Source of the DNA: Bacilli bacterium
GTDB taxonomy: Bacteria; Bacillota_I; Bacilli_A; RFN20; CAG-826
Direction of reading: 5' to 3'
Length of the DNA: 64,000 bases
Assembly (NCBI GenBank): GCA_017959905.1
Contig: JAGCZS010000002.1
Location: forward strand, 7,514-71,513
Shown here piece by piece: positions 6,735 to 17,821 of the stretch. Below the pieces are notes generated by a model. That model searched no databases, was not told where the DNA came from, and saw only the letters and a program-made list of their open reading frames with translations. The first letter of the stretch is position 1, and every line of letters starts with the position of its first letter. The translations under genes were made by a program, and so were the position numbers.

Positions 6735-7979
6735 ATGTCTGCATATTATTGTGAAATCGAATTAATAGCTGGAAATGGAGGTAATGGGTCCGCTTCGTTT
6801 CGACATGAAAAATTTTTGCCAAACGGCGGTCCTGATGGCGGTGATGGCGGATGTGGCGGTTCAATCATAATAAAATCTAACAGCAACATAAAATCGCTAA
6901 TTAATATAAGAAATAATGAAAAAATAATAGCTGACAATGGCGAAAATGGCTTAAAAAAAAACAAACACGGGAAAAATGCTGAAAATATCATTTTAGAAGT
7001 CCCGGTAGGTACTGTTGTATTTGACGAAAAAAACAATATACTATGTGACTTAAGTAGGAATAATTTTAGCTTTGTTGCTGCCGCTGGCGGAAGAGGCGGA
7101 AGAGGCAATTGCCATTTTAAAAATTCCCGTATAAAAGCTCCTAAAATAGCTGAAAAGGGCGAACTTGGGGAACATAAGAAATTGCTTTTACAACTAAAAA
7201 TAATTGCAGATATTGGATTATTGGGAATGCCAAATGCCGGGAAATCAACTTTGTTATCCAAAATTACAAATGCCAAGCCAAAGATAGATGATTATCCTTT
7301 TACAACACTTTCGCCAAATATTGGTGTTTTAACATATGACAACAAATTTTTAGTCGCTGATTTGCCAGGAATTATTAAAGACGCTCATAAAGGAAAAGGA
7401 CTAGGACATTTATTTCTTCAACACTTAGAAAGATGCAAAATAATAATTTTTTTAATAAGTATGGAAGACGACGATCCGATTAAAACATATAATACAATTA
7501 TTGATGAGTTAAAAAAATACAACAAACTTTTTTTTAAAAAAAAAATTATTATAGTTGCCTCGAAAATGGATTTGCCAAATACAAATAATAAAAAAATATT
7601 TTTAGAAAAAAAAATTAACAAAAAAATCTTTCCAATAAGTTCAATAACGAATTTTGGAATAAATGAATTGTTAAAAGAATGTATTAAAATATTAAGACAT
7701 TTGAAAAACAAAAGCGTTATAACAAAAAATTATGTTGTTAATAATAATGACAATGCTTTCAGAATTAAAAAAATTGGTAAAAACGAGTGGCAAATAATTT
7801 GCAACGATCATATTAGAAAATATTTGATTCAAAAATATTCGTCTTGCAAAAAAATTGAAAATTTTATCCTAATATTAAAAAAAATGGGCATTATTCAATA
7901 TTTAAAATCTTCAAACGCCAAACCAAATGATGTAGTTAATTTTGAAAATATTAAGTTTATTTTTGATAATTATTCATAA
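6735..7979 (+). CDS. obg: GTPase Obg/CgtA
   Basis: 414 aa. The Gly-rich Obg fold is present (GNGGNGSASFRHEKF..GGPDGGDGGCGG, GGRGGRGN). G motifs are GMPNAGKSTLL and DLPGII. There is a C-terminal OCT-like domain. Confidence 0.97.
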   Translation: MSAYYCEIELIAGNGGNGSASFRHEKFLPNGGPDGGDGGCGGSIIIKSNSNIKSLINIRNNEKIIADNGENGLKKNKHGKNAENIILEVPVGTVVFDEKNNILCDLSRNNFSFVAAAGGRGGRGNCHFKNSRIKAPKIAEKGELGEHKKLLLQLKIIADIGLLGMPNAGKSTLLSKITNAKPKIDDYPFTTLSPNIGVLTYDNKFLVADLPGIIKDAHKGKGLGHLFLQHLERCKIIIFLISMEDDDPIKTYNTIIDELKKYNKLFFKKKIIIVASKMDLPNTNNKKIFLEKKINKKIFPISSITNFGINELLKECIKILRHLKNKSVITKNYVVNNNDNAFRIKKIGKNEWQIICNDHIRKYLIQKYSSCKKIENFILILKKMGIIQYLKSSNAKPNDVVNFENIKFIFDNYS

Positions 7980-7981
7980 AA

Positions 7982-8728
7982 ATGAAAACGTGCGAAAAAA
8001 AAATAAAAGAATACGCTGAAAAAATTATTTTTTTTCTAAAAAAATATATTTTGGTAAATAAATTAAACGGATTTGTTTTAGGTTTATCAGGCGGAGTTGA
8101 TTCAGCCGTCACGCTTTTACTGCTATTAAAAACAATTGAAAAAAATAAAATTCATGTTCTTATATTGCCGTGTGAATCAGGCAAAAAAGACGAAGAATAT
8201 GCCAAACAATTATGTGATAAATTCGATATTAAATACAAAATAATCGATCTAACACCAATATATAGAACAACTATACAAAACATTGAAAAAAGTTTTTTAT
8301 TAAGTCAAAAAACCAAAAATAATATCAAAGCGCGTTTGAGAATGTGCACTCTATATGCTATTGCACAAGAAAAAAAATCATTAGTTGTCGGAACTAGTAA
8401 TTTAGATGAAATATACACCGGTTTTTTTACAAAATTTGGCGATAGCGCCTGCGATATACTCCCGCTATCACAATTAACAAAAACAGAAATATATTCTTTA
8501 GCAAAAATGCTTGGCGTAACTGAAGAAATAATAAAACGCAAACCAAGTAGTGGCCTAAATAAAAACGCAAACGACGAAAATGAACTAGGTACAACTTACA
8601 AAAATATCGATAATTTTTTAAATGGTAAAAAAATAAATAACAAAGCCAAAAAACGCATTAATTATCTACACAAAATTAGCGAGCATAAACGAAAGCCGAT
8701 TCCAAAGCCGCCAGCATTTAAACGATAA
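7982..8728 (+). CDS. nadE: NH3-dependent NAD+ synthetase
   Basis: 248 aa. It has the PP-loop GLSGGVDSAV and a NadE-like C-terminus (HKRKPIP). Confidence 0.93.
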   Translation: MKTCEKKIKEYAEKIIFFLKKYILVNKLNGFVLGLSGGVDSAVTLLLLLKTIEKNKIHVLILPCESGKKDEEYAKQLCDKFDIKYKIIDLTPIYRTTIQNIEKSFLLSQKTKNNIKARLRMCTLYAIAQEKKSLVVGTSNLDEIYTGFFTKFGDSACDILPLSQLTKTEIYSLAKMLGVTEEIIKRKPSSGLNKNANDENELGTTYKNIDNFLNGKKINNKAKKRINYLHKISEHKRKPIPKPPAFKR

Positions 8729-8752
8729 TAAATATATGTTAAAATTTTAGAT

Positions 8753-9322
8753 ATGTACTTTAGTATCGCAGGTTATGTAAAAAACATAGCAAATGATTTT
8801 ATTGTTCTCGAAAATAATGAAATAGGGTACAAAATTTTTGTATCCCACCCAGAAATATTTAAAATCGGAAGAAAAGAACAAATTTTCACTTATAGTACTA
8901 TTAATCAAACAGAACAACAATTAATAGGATTTAAAACATTAGAAGAAAAAGAATTTTTTCTGATATTAATCTCAACAAAAGGAATCGGAACAAAAAAAGC
9001 TCTACATATTTTAAATAAAATAGACTACGATAAAATATCTGAACTTTCTAAGAAAAATAGCGGCGCATTTTTCAATGAGATAAAAAATATAAAAACAAAA
9101 AATATTGAGAATGTTATTAACAAATTTAAAAAACAACAAATAAATAAAAATAATGAAAAATATAAAAAAATATTGCTTGCCTTAAAAAATTTTGGCTTTA
9201 AAATTAAAGATATAAAACCTTTTTTAACAGAAAAAATTATTAATTCTGAAGAAAACGAAAATGATATTACTAAACAGATATTACAGCGATTAAATAAATT
9301 TAACAATGATAGAACAAGATGA
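8753..9322 (+). CDS. ruvA: Holliday junction DNA helicase subunit RuvA
   Basis: 189 aa. The N-terminal OB region (GYVKNIANDFIVLENNEIGYKIFV) and an HhH region (TKGIGTKKALHIL) are present. It lies directly upstream of ruvB and overlaps it. Confidence 0.85.
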   Translation: MYFSIAGYVKNIANDFIVLENNEIGYKIFVSHPEIFKIGRKEQIFTYSTINQTEQQLIGFKTLEEKEFFLILISTKGIGTKKALHILNKIDYDKISELSKKNSGAFFNEIKNIKTKNIENVINKFKKQQINKNNEKYKKILLALKNFGFKIKDIKPFLTEKIINSEENENDITKQILQRLNKFNNDRTR

Positions 9323-10280
9323 CAATTTTTCATTAAGACCAATAAAATTCGAAAATTTTATTGGCCAAGAAAAAATAAAAAAAAACTTAAAAATTTATAT
9401 CGAAGCTGCTAAGAATCGAAATGAATCATTAGATCACATATTATTATTTGGCTCTCCTGGATTAGGAAAAACGACTTTGGCTAAAATAATCGCCAATGAG
9501 ATGAATTATAAAATTCATATAATAAATGGTGCCAGTATCGAAAAACAAGGGGATATTGCTAGTATATTAGCATCAATAAACCCTGGCGAAATTCTTTTTA
9601 TTGATGAAATTCACCGTTTATCAAAAACAATAGAAGAAATTTTATATCACGCTATGGAAGATTTTAAACTCATTTCTCTTTCGAAAAACAACAATGAAGT
9701 TTCACCAATTAACATCCAACTTCCGCCATTCACATTAATTGGCGCAACAACAAATATCGGAGCAATTTCGACGCCGTTAAAATCACGTTTTTCAATTATT
9801 GAAAAAATAAATTTTTACGAAACAAATGAATTAAAAAAAATTATTATGAATGCCAGTTATATTTTAAAAACTACTATTAACGATGACGCTGCTAAAATGA
9901 TTGCTATTCGTAGTAGGGGAACTCCAAGAACAGCAATTAATTTATTTAAAAGGGCAAGAGATTTTGCCAACGCTAACAATTCACTGATTATTACAAAAAA
10001 AATTGTTGAAACAACTTTTGCCAATATAAAACTAAACAAACTTGGGCTTTATGACTCGGATATAGAATATCTTAAAACGCTTGCCTCTCGTTTTCATTAT
10101 AAACCTGTCGGATTAAAAACGATATCACACGCTATGGGAGAAGATATTAAAAATATTGAAGAAATTTATGAGCCTTATTTACTTAGAATTAATTTCATCG
10201 ACAAAACGCCTCGCGGAAGAACGCTAACTGACAAAGGCATTGAATTTTTAAAAACACAAAATATTAAAGATAACGACTAA
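9306..10280 (+). CDS. ruvB: Holliday junction DNA helicase RuvB
   Basis: 324 aa. It has Walker A GSPGLGKTTLA, Walker B LFIDEIHRL and sensor RGTPR. Confidence 0.97.
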   Translation: MIEQDDNFSLRPIKFENFIGQEKIKKNLKIYIEAAKNRNESLDHILLFGSPGLGKTTLAKIIANEMNYKIHIINGASIEKQGDIASILASINPGEILFIDEIHRLSKTIEEILYHAMEDFKLISLSKNNNEVSPINIQLPPFTLIGATTNIGAISTPLKSRFSIIEKINFYETNELKKIIMNASYILKTTINDDAAKMIAIRSRGTPRTAINLFKRARDFANANNSLIITKKIVETTFANIKLNKLGLYDSDIEYLKTLASRFHYKPVGLKTISHAMGEDIKNIEEIYEPYLLRINFIDKTPRGRTLTDKGIEFLKTQNIKDND

Positions 10281-10398
10281 GTTAATTGATGTTGTTCACA
10301 GTATTTAACTTAGTTTTGAATAGTCAACTAAATGAAATTTTCTTAAAAATAAATGTTAAAAATGTTATAATTACTACTTACAATTAAAAGCATAATTT

Positions 10399-12738
10399 AT
10401 GATAAAAATAAAAAATTTTTTTGTATTTTTTGTTAACTTCTTAATAATATTTTTAATAGGTTTTTTTTTAATAAAGTATTCATTAGATAACGCTAATTTT
10501 GACTTTAACTGTCGCGATAACAAACAGATAATTCTTGAATTAAAAAAAAAAATCAATTATCATCAAGCTTCACAAAAATGTGCAGAAAATATTGCTGATC
10601 GTCTTCAAAGATACGGGATTAATAATTATAAAATATCAATAATTGGCGATGATAAAATTAAAGTTAATTTTGTAGCTAACGACACTGACGATTATTATTA
10701 TATTAATCGTTTATTAACTGAAAATTGTCACTTCGTACTTTCAAATAACGAAAACAAAAATATTGGTATAAAAACAATTCTAATTGATGAAAAATGGTGT
10801 AATAACGCTTATATTAATGTTGCTTCTGACTATCGAAATATTTATTTAATTTTACCTTTTTCAAAATATGACGCTAAAGATGTTAAAGAATTATTTATCC
10901 AAACAAGAAAACAAGAAAAAAAATACAAAAATAATAAAAATATCTTTTTTACGGAATTAAATAAAAATGAAAAAATAGCTATTTTTGACGCTAAAGATTT
11001 ATATTACAAAAATAAAAAAAATTCTATCCAAATACGTTTTGATTTAAACTTAGCACGTGATGATGTAAAAAAAATATATAAACGTATTTTTTTTTATAAA
11101 ACCCTATTAAATTCTAAAAATTTTCAACATGAATTTGAAATTGTTGATAATAACTTTGTTGAAGCAATAAATAAGAGATTTTTTAACTATAACGACGTTT
11201 TGACAAACAGCAATCTTGTGTTTTTTGTTATTTTCCTTTTTTTATTAGTATTTTTGTTGTTACTTAAAGCATATAAACTAAAAAAAAGTTTAATGATAAT
11301 TTTCAATTTAATAGCACATTTATCGTTAACTATATTTGTCTTCGTGTTTTTAAAAAGAACTTTTGACTTATCCGCGCTTATAGGCTTATTACTTATATTT
11401 TTACAATCTATTTTAATCAATATCTTCTATAACAACATCTTCTTCAAACCTTTATTAAACATAAACAATAATGAAAAAGTGGAATTTTCAAAAATAAAAA
11501 AAATTTTCTTAAATTCAAATAATAAACTTTTTTTCTTAATTTTTGACATTTCTTTATTTTCTGCGATGCTAGGCACCGTTTTTTATTTTATAAGTAATAA
11601 AGCCACTGAAAATGTAGGAATACTTTTAGTTATAAATTGTTTTACCAATTTTATAACAAATTATTTATTAATTAAAAAGAATTTGCGTTTTTTTATTAAA
11701 ACGTTTTTTTTAAATTTTGCTGAACACATTAATACAAAATTAATAACTGCAAGTTCGAGAATTGTTAATTACTTTTCCAACATAAAAACAGAGAAGAAAA
11801 AAAATTTCTTTCGGCTCATTTTTATGACTGCAATTTTATTAAATGTTTTTGTTTTATCATTTAATAATAAAGCATATGAATCAAACAAATATGAAGTTTG
11901 TGTAACAACAACTGAAAATAAAAATCTTGAAGATTTTAAAAATATTTTTCAAGAAATATTAAAAAATATAAAAAATTTAAACTACAACCAAAATAGCATT
12001 TATGCTTATCATAATGAAAAAACAAGTAAAACTTGCCTTATTTTCGATATAAAAAGTTTTGACGCTATTACTGCAAAAAAATATTCATTTAACAAAAAAA
12101 ATATTATCGTTAACGGAGATATTTCGACTGTTATTAAAAATATTTTTGAAAAAAAATTTAGCGAAAAGGTGGATGCTCATGTACGTAAAATTAGCAAACT
12201 TGAGAAAAATTTTAATGAAAAATTAACAGAATTGTTAAGTTTTATTGGTTTTTTTCTATTGTTATTTGCTTTGTATTTGCTAATCATTAAAAAACGAAAA
12301 TTAATAAGTATTTTAAAAACAAGTTTAGTATTTTTAATAATTGCATTGTTTAACATTGCTAATTTTTTTCTTATTTCCTTTAATAATATGCAAATAGCTT
12401 TATGTTCTTCTATCTTTTTATATTTTCTTATTCTTTGTTTTTTAGAATATTTTGAAACTAATTCTTACACAGAAAACATTAACAAAGAACATAATTACTT
12501 ATACATGGCAATTCCATGGTTCTTTAGTTTTTTAATATCGTCGCTATTATTCGTTTACACAGCAAATATAATTTTCTTATTGTTTTATTTAATTAACTTG
12601 ATATTGTTTGCTTGTGTTTATAATTTAATAATTTCAAAATTTTATCAATTTGATTTTGACTTTAAATTTAAAAAAATATCTTTTAAAAAGCTAGATGGTG
12701 AAACTGACGAAATTGTATTTAAAGGTATCAATGACTAA
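10399..12738 (+). CDS. highly divergent SecDF-like protein-export membrane protein
   Basis: 779 aa with many predicted TM segments in two blocks. The N-terminal exported domain AENIADRLQRYGINNYKISIIGDDKIKVNF resembles the SecD P1 region (Rv..lGv.e..i...G...I.V). The post-ruvAB position is where secDF sits in Firmicutes. Confidence 0.55.
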   Translation: MIKIKNFFVFFVNFLIIFLIGFFLIKYSLDNANFDFNCRDNKQIILELKKKINYHQASQKCAENIADRLQRYGINNYKISIIGDDKIKVNFVANDTDDYYYINRLLTENCHFVLSNNENKNIGIKTILIDEKWCNNAYINVASDYRNIYLILPFSKYDAKDVKELFIQTRKQEKKYKNNKNIFFTELNKNEKIAIFDAKDLYYKNKKNSIQIRFDLNLARDDVKKIYKRIFFYKTLLNSKNFQHEFEIVDNNFVEAINKRFFNYNDVLTNSNLVFFVIFLFLLVFLLLLKAYKLKKSLMIIFNLIAHLSLTIFVFVFLKRTFDLSALIGLLLIFLQSILINIFYNNIFFKPLLNINNNEKVEFSKIKKIFLNSNNKLFFLIFDISLFSAMLGTVFYFISNKATENVGILLVINCFTNFITNYLLIKKNLRFFIKTFFLNFAEHINTKLITASSRIVNYFSNIKTEKKKNFFRLIFMTAILLNVFVLSFNNKAYESNKYEVCVTTTENKNLEDFKNIFQEILKNIKNLNYNQNSIYAYHNEKTSKTCLIFDIKSFDAITAKKYSFNKKNIIVNGDISTVIKNIFEKKFSEKVDAHVRKISKLEKNFNEKLTELLSFIGFFLLLFALYLLIIKKRKLISILKTSLVFLIIALFNIANFFLISFNNMQIALCSSIFLYFLILCFLEYFETNSYTENINKEHNYLYMAIPWFFSFLISSLLFVYTANIIFLLFYLINLILFACVYNLIISKFYQFDFDFKFKKISFKKLDGETDEIVFKGIND

Positions 12739-12848
12739 TGAATAAAATAAAAAAAGACCGTTGATAAATAACGTCAAGACCGAAATTTTAAAATTAGTAG
12801 AGAAGTACTTTAAAAGTTCGTGAAAAAAATAAATAAAAGTAATCAAAC

Positions 12849-14117
12849 ATGAAAATACAAAATATTAAAGGGACTCAAGATATTTTCGGCAACACTGCTA
12901 TACAATACCAAAAAATAGAAAACTTATTAATCACGTTAGCTGAAAAATATGGCTATTCTGAATTCAGAACGCCTATTTTAGAGTACAAGAAATTATTTGT
13001 GCGCGAAAATGATTCCAGCGATATTGTACAAAAACAAATGTATTGCTTATACGATATGGGCAAAAGAGAATTAGCTCTTAGACCAGAAGGCACACCTGGC
13101 GTTATGAGATGCGTAATAAATAGTAATCTATATAAAAATATTTCGCGAATTAAAGCTTATTATTTAGGCAATTTTTTTAGATATGAAAGACCTAAAAAAT
13201 TTTCTTATAGGCAATTTACTCAATTTGGAATTGAAAATATAGGGAATGATAATGTTTATTGCGATATTGAAACGATTCTTTTAGGTTTTAATATCCTTAA
13301 ACAGCTGGGATTTAAAAAAATTGTTTTAAAAATTAATTCTTTAGGCGATTTAGAAAGCCAAAAAAAATATAAAAATAAATTAAAAAATTTTTTCGCATCT
13401 CATATAAATTGTATGTGCGCAGACTGCAAAAAACGTTTTTTACAAAATCCTATGAGAATTTTAGATTGTAAAAATGAAGAAGATAAAAAAATAATCAAAA
13501 ACGCTCCTAAAATAACAGATTCATTAAATAATAACAGTTTATTAAAATTTCAAAAAATTTTAGATTTACTAAAAAAATTAAAAATCACTTATGTGATCGA
13601 CTATTTTTTAGTTCGAGGTTTAGATTATTACACGCACATTGTTTACGAATTTTTTGTTAACAATGAAGAAACTGCTGTCGGTGGCGGAGGACATTATGAT
13701 TATTTAGCTCAAGAAATAGGCGAAATTGAACTAACTGGCACAGGTTTTTCGTTTGGAATAGAACGTATTTTAATGTCTTTACAAAAAGAAAATCTCATTT
13801 TATGCGCAAAAGAAATTAATATCGAAATAATTCCTATAAATACAAATAATTTTGAGAAGTGCTTTTCTGTCGCTGAAAAGATAAGAAAAAATACCAATTT
13901 CAAAACTGATATTATATTTGAAAAACAAAAAATTAAAACTTTACTTTCAAAAGCTCAAAAAAACGAAACCGATTTCATTATTATAATTGGCGATAAAGAA
14001 GAAAAAAATAAAAATATCACAGTAAAAAATATGAAAACAAAAGAAGAAATAACCGTATCTGATAATGAAATAGAAAAATTTTTTGATAGCCTTTATAAAA
14101 ATATGGACCAAAAATAA
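12849..14117 (+). CDS. hisS: histidine--tRNA ligase
   Basis: 422 aa. Motifs LRPEGTPGVMR, FRYERPKKFSYRQFTQFG, GGGGHYDYL and GFSFGIERI are present. Confidence 0.95.
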   Translation: MKIQNIKGTQDIFGNTAIQYQKIENLLITLAEKYGYSEFRTPILEYKKLFVRENDSSDIVQKQMYCLYDMGKRELALRPEGTPGVMRCVINSNLYKNISRIKAYYLGNFFRYERPKKFSYRQFTQFGIENIGNDNVYCDIETILLGFNILKQLGFKKIVLKINSLGDLESQKKYKNKLKNFFASHINCMCADCKKRFLQNPMRILDCKNEEDKKIIKNAPKITDSLNNNSLLKFQKILDLLKKLKITYVIDYFLVRGLDYYTHIVYEFFVNNEETAVGGGGHYDYLAQEIGEIELTGTGFSFGIERILMSLQKENLILCAKEINIEIIPINTNNFEKCFSVAEKIRKNTNFKTDIIFEKQKIKTLLSKAQKNETDFIIIIGDKEEKNKNITVKNMKTKEEITVSDNEIEKFFDSLYKNMDQK

Positions 14118-15841
14118 TGGAAAGAAGCAATTATACCAATAATTTATCAATCAAAGATGTTGGAAAAAATGTTGTTTTAATCGGTTGGGTAGCTAAAAAG
14201 CGAAATTTAGGATCGCTTATTTTTATTGATTTAAGAGATATTGGCGGTTTAATACAAATTGTTGTTAAAAACAATATTAATATACCGGACATACATAATG
14301 AATACATAATACAAGTGTACGGAACTGTCGCAGCAAAAAAAAACAACTCAATTGAAAAAAAGCAAATAGAAATAATTGCTAATAAAATAAACATTATAAA
14401 TACGGCCGAAACACCTCCTATTGTTATTGATGATAAAGCGAATATTCTTGAAGAAATAAAATTAAAATATCGTTATTTAGATTTAAGGCGCCCTAACAGC
14501 AAAAAATATATAATAGTAAGATCAAAAATTATTAAAACTATAAGAGATTTTTTAGATAAAAATAATTTTTTAGAAATCGAAACACCTATTTTAACTAAAT
14601 CTACACCAGAAGGATCAAGAGATTTTTTAGTTCCTTCACGTTTACACCAAGGATGTTTTTATGCTCTTCCACAATCACCACAAATATATAAACAATTGTT
14701 AATGATTGCTGGATTTGAACGATATTATCAAATCGCTCGTTGTTTTCGCGATGAAGATTTAAGGGCTGATCGCCAACCTGAATTTACACAAATAGATATT
14801 GAAGCGTCCTTTTTATCCGAAGGTTCTTTTCGAAAAATAATAGAAAAACTAATTGCAGAAATTTTTAAAAATATTAAAAATTTTAATATTGTTTTGCCAT
14901 TAAAAACAATCTCATATGAAGACGCTGTTAATAACTATGGTAGCGATAAACCTGATACGCGTTATAGTTTAAAAATTCAAGATATTACTAATCTATTTAA
15001 CAAATTTGCTTTTTTTGAAAAAAAAATAGTAAAATGTATCATTATTGAAAATTTTGCTAACAAAATTAGCGAAGATGATGTTAAATTTGTTCAATTACAA
15101 GCAAAAAAATTTTTTTTAAAAGAATTTTTGTTATTCAAAGTAGAAAATAATAAAATAGAAAATTTCTATAATAAAAATAATAATTATCAAATTGATTTAA
15201 ACAAAAAAGTAGAATTAAAAATTAAAAATAATAATTTGATTATTGCCGCATACGGATACAATAATAAAAATATTTGTTTTGGCCTTGGCTCTTTAAGAAC
15301 ATATTTTGCTAATAAATTAAATTTAATAAAAGAAAATACCTTTGACATATTATGGGTAAATGATTTTCCTCTTTTTGAAAAAAATCAAAATAACGAAATA
15401 ACTTCTACACATCATCCATTTACACGACCTAAAGATGAAGATTTAAAATTTTTAAATACAAATATTTTTAAAGTTAGATCGTACGCTTTTGATCTAGTAA
15501 TAAATGGTTCCGAAGTAGGGGGCGGATCATTAAGAATTTTTGACAAGAATATTCAGCGCAAAATATTTAGTATCTTATCATTATCAGAAGAAGAAATAAA
15601 TAATAAATTTGGGTTTTTTATTGATGCTTTAAAATATGGCACGCCGCCACATGGCGGAATAGCTTTTGGAATTGAAAGATTAACCATGATTTTGTGTAAT
15701 ACAAACAATATAAAAGAGGTTATTGCTTTTCCAAAAAATTTATCTGCTAGTTGTCCGATGTGCGGCACTCCAACAAGTGTAGATAATAATCAATTAAAAG
15801 AACTAGGAATTAAAATTATTAGTAAAAATAAGGAGAATTAA
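14117..15841 (+). CDS. aspS: aspartate--tRNA ligase
   Basis: 574 aa. Motifs FRDEDLRADRQPEFTQID, GGGSLRI and PPHGGIAFGIERL are present. Confidence 0.97.
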   Translation: MERSNYTNNLSIKDVGKNVVLIGWVAKKRNLGSLIFIDLRDIGGLIQIVVKNNINIPDIHNEYIIQVYGTVAAKKNNSIEKKQIEIIANKINIINTAETPPIVIDDKANILEEIKLKYRYLDLRRPNSKKYIIVRSKIIKTIRDFLDKNNFLEIETPILTKSTPEGSRDFLVPSRLHQGCFYALPQSPQIYKQLLMIAGFERYYQIARCFRDEDLRADRQPEFTQIDIEASFLSEGSFRKIIEKLIAEIFKNIKNFNIVLPLKTISYEDAVNNYGSDKPDTRYSLKIQDITNLFNKFAFFEKKIVKCIIIENFANKISEDDVKFVQLQAKKFFLKEFLLFKVENNKIENFYNKNNNYQIDLNKKVELKIKNNNLIIAAYGYNNKNICFGLGSLRTYFANKLNLIKENTFDILWVNDFPLFEKNQNNEITSTHHPFTRPKDEDLKFLNTNIFKVRSYAFDLVINGSEVGGGSLRIFDKNIQRKIFSILSLSEEEINNKFGFFIDALKYGTPPHGGIAFGIERLTMILCNTNNIKEVIAFPKNLSASCPMCGTPTSVDNNQLKELGIKIISKNKEN

Positions 15842-17821
15842 ATGAACATAAATGATAAAAAAGCTGTTGCCGCTATTCGCAATTTGTGTATCGATATGAT
15901 TAATACAGCCGATAGCGGTCACCCAGGAATAGCGCTTGGAGCCGCGCCAATAGTTTACACATTATATAATTACCACCTAATAAGTGATCCTAAAAATCCA
16001 AATTGGATAAATAGAGACCGCTTTATACTAAGTTGCGGTCATGCTTCCAGTCTTTTATATGCCGTTTTACATTTATGCGGATACAAAATTACTTTAGAAG
16101 ACTTAAAAAAATTTAGAACTATTAATTCTATTACGCCAGGACATCCTGAATATGGAATAACTCCTGGTGTAGACGCGACAAGCGGACCGCTAGGCCAAGG
16201 AATAGCTCAAGCGGTTGGCTGCGCACTATCTGAAAAAATTTTATCAAATCAATTTAAAGAATTAATTAATCACTATACTTTCTGCATGGTTGGTGATGGT
16301 TGTTTAGAAGAAGGGATTTCACAAGAGGCAATTTCTTTCGCTGGTTTACATAAATTAAATAAATTAATTGTTTTATATGATAGTAATGATGTGACTTTAG
16401 ATGGCTATTTATCAGACTCTAGTGCTGAAAATACAGAAAAACGATTTATAGCTAATAATTGGAATGTTTTAAAAGTTAATGATGGAAATAATGTTGATGA
16501 AATTAACAAAGCCATTTTAAACGCAAAAAAAACATTGGATAAACCAAATCTAATAATTATTAAAACTATAATAGGTTTTGGTTCTATTAATGAAGGAACA
16601 AGTAAAGTTCATGGCTCTCCACTAGGCGAAATAGACGGCAATAACGCTAAAAAAAAATATGGTGTTGATTTTAAAAAATTTATCATACCAAAAGATATTT
16701 ATAATATTTTTAATATTTTTGTTGAGCGAGGCAATAAAGCTTACAAACATTGGCAAGAAAAAATATATAAATTTAAGAAAACAAATCCAAAACTTTTTAA
16801 ATTATTTATCGACGCTTTCCGATTAAATAATAAAAAATATATCTTGGAAGAAAAAAATTTATATTTCTTGAACAAAAAGACTAATATCGAAGAGGCTACA
16901 AGAAATACTAGTTATAACATAATTAATCTTTTAGCTGATAAAATGCCATTTTTAATAGGCGGATCTGCTGATGTTTCTAAATCTGTTTTAACCAATATTA
17001 AGAATAGCCCATTATTATCTTGCAAAAATAAAAGTGGGAAAAATATTCAATTTGGCGTTAGGGAATTTGCAATGGCCGGCATTCAGAATGGAATGTTATT
17101 GCATGGCGGATTAAGACCTTTTGTAGGGTGTTTTCTTGTTTTTGCTGACTATATGAAAGCGGCTATAAGAATGAGCGCTCTTTCAAAATTGCCGGCTATT
17201 TATTTATTTTCACATGATTCAATTTTTGTAGGCGAAGACGGCGCTACACATCAACCAATTGAACAATTAGCCATGCTGCGATCAATACCAAATATACAAG
17301 TTTTTCGCCCATGTGACGCTAAAGAAACATATGGCGCATGGAAAATGTCAATCTTATCAAAAAAAACGCCAAGTTGTATTATATTAACAAGGCAAAAATT
17401 ACCGTCATTAGAAAATAGTGATTATAAAAAATTATCAAATGGTGCCTACATAATTGATAGCGAAAAGAAAAAAAAATTTATAACAATAATTGCTTCTGGC
17501 TCCGAAGTAAAAATGGCTATTGAAATTAAAAAAATATTAAAAAACATTACCGATGTGCGTGTCGTATCAATGCCATCAATGGAATTATTCGATAAACTAA
17601 GTTTAAAACAGCAAGAAAAAATTATCGGAAAAGATTACAATAAAAGATTTGCTATCGAAGCATTATCACCTTTTGGATGGCATAAATATGCAAAAAATGT
17701 TTTTTCGATTAACGAATTTGGGCGGAGCGGAATAAGTGAAGACATAGCAAAATACTTCGGTTTCACATCGAAAGAAATAGCAACTACAATAATAAAAAAA
17801 TTGAAAAAAAATAATGTCTAA
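15842..17821 (+). CDS. tkt: transketolase
   Basis: 659 aa. Motifs SGHPGIALGAAP, GHASSLLYAVLHL, GPLGQGI, GDGCLEEGISQEA and FGVREFAM are present. Confidence 0.97.
   Translation: MNINDKKAVAAIRNLCIDMINTADSGHPGIALGAAPIVYTLYNYHLISDPKNPNWINRDRFILSCGHASSLLYAVLHLCGYKITLEDLKKFRTINSITPGHPEYGITPGVDATSGPLGQGIAQAVGCALSEKILSNQFKELINHYTFCMVGDGCLEEGISQEAISFAGLHKLNKLIVLYDSNDVTLDGYLSDSSAENTEKRFIANNWNVLKVNDGNNVDEINKAILNAKKTLDKPNLIIIKTIIGFGSINEGTSKVHGSPLGEIDGNNAKKKYGVDFKKFIIPKDIYNIFNIFVERGNKAYKHWQEKIYKFKKTNPKLFKLFIDAFRLNNKKYILEEKNLYFLNKKTNIEEATRNTSYNIINLLADKMPFLIGGSADVSKSVLTNIKNSPLLSCKNKSGKNIQFGVREFAMAGIQNGMLLHGGLRPFVGCFLVFADYMKAAIRMSALSKLPAIYLFSHDSIFVGEDGATHQPIEQLAMLRSIPNIQVFRPCDAKETYGAWKMSILSKKTPSCIILTRQKLPSLENSDYKKLSNGAYIIDSEKKKKFITIIASGSEVKMAIEIKKILKNITDVRVVSMPSMELFDKLSLKQQEKIIGKDYNKRFAIEALSPFGWHKYAKNVFSINEFGRSGISEDIAKYFGFTSKEIATTIIKKLKKNNV

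Noticed and set aside
6746-7276. 176-aa ORF on the minus strand, the longest unassigned ORF in the track
   Set aside because: It is exactly antisense to the Gly-rich N-terminal domain of obg, which is strongly supported. Its product is a Pro/Phe/Ser-rich, low-complexity mirror of GGN/AAA codons. In AT-rich DNA, long antisense ORFs are expected by chance.
12739-12848. Looked for T-box leaders upstream of the aminoacyl-tRNA synthetase genes (hisS-aspS, ileS, tyrS, trpS)
   Set aside because: The upstream gaps are 110 nt (hisS), 3 nt (ileS), about 1 nt (tyrS) and an overlap (trpS). None contains a specifier hairpin or the AGGGTGGNACCGCG-type T-box sequence.
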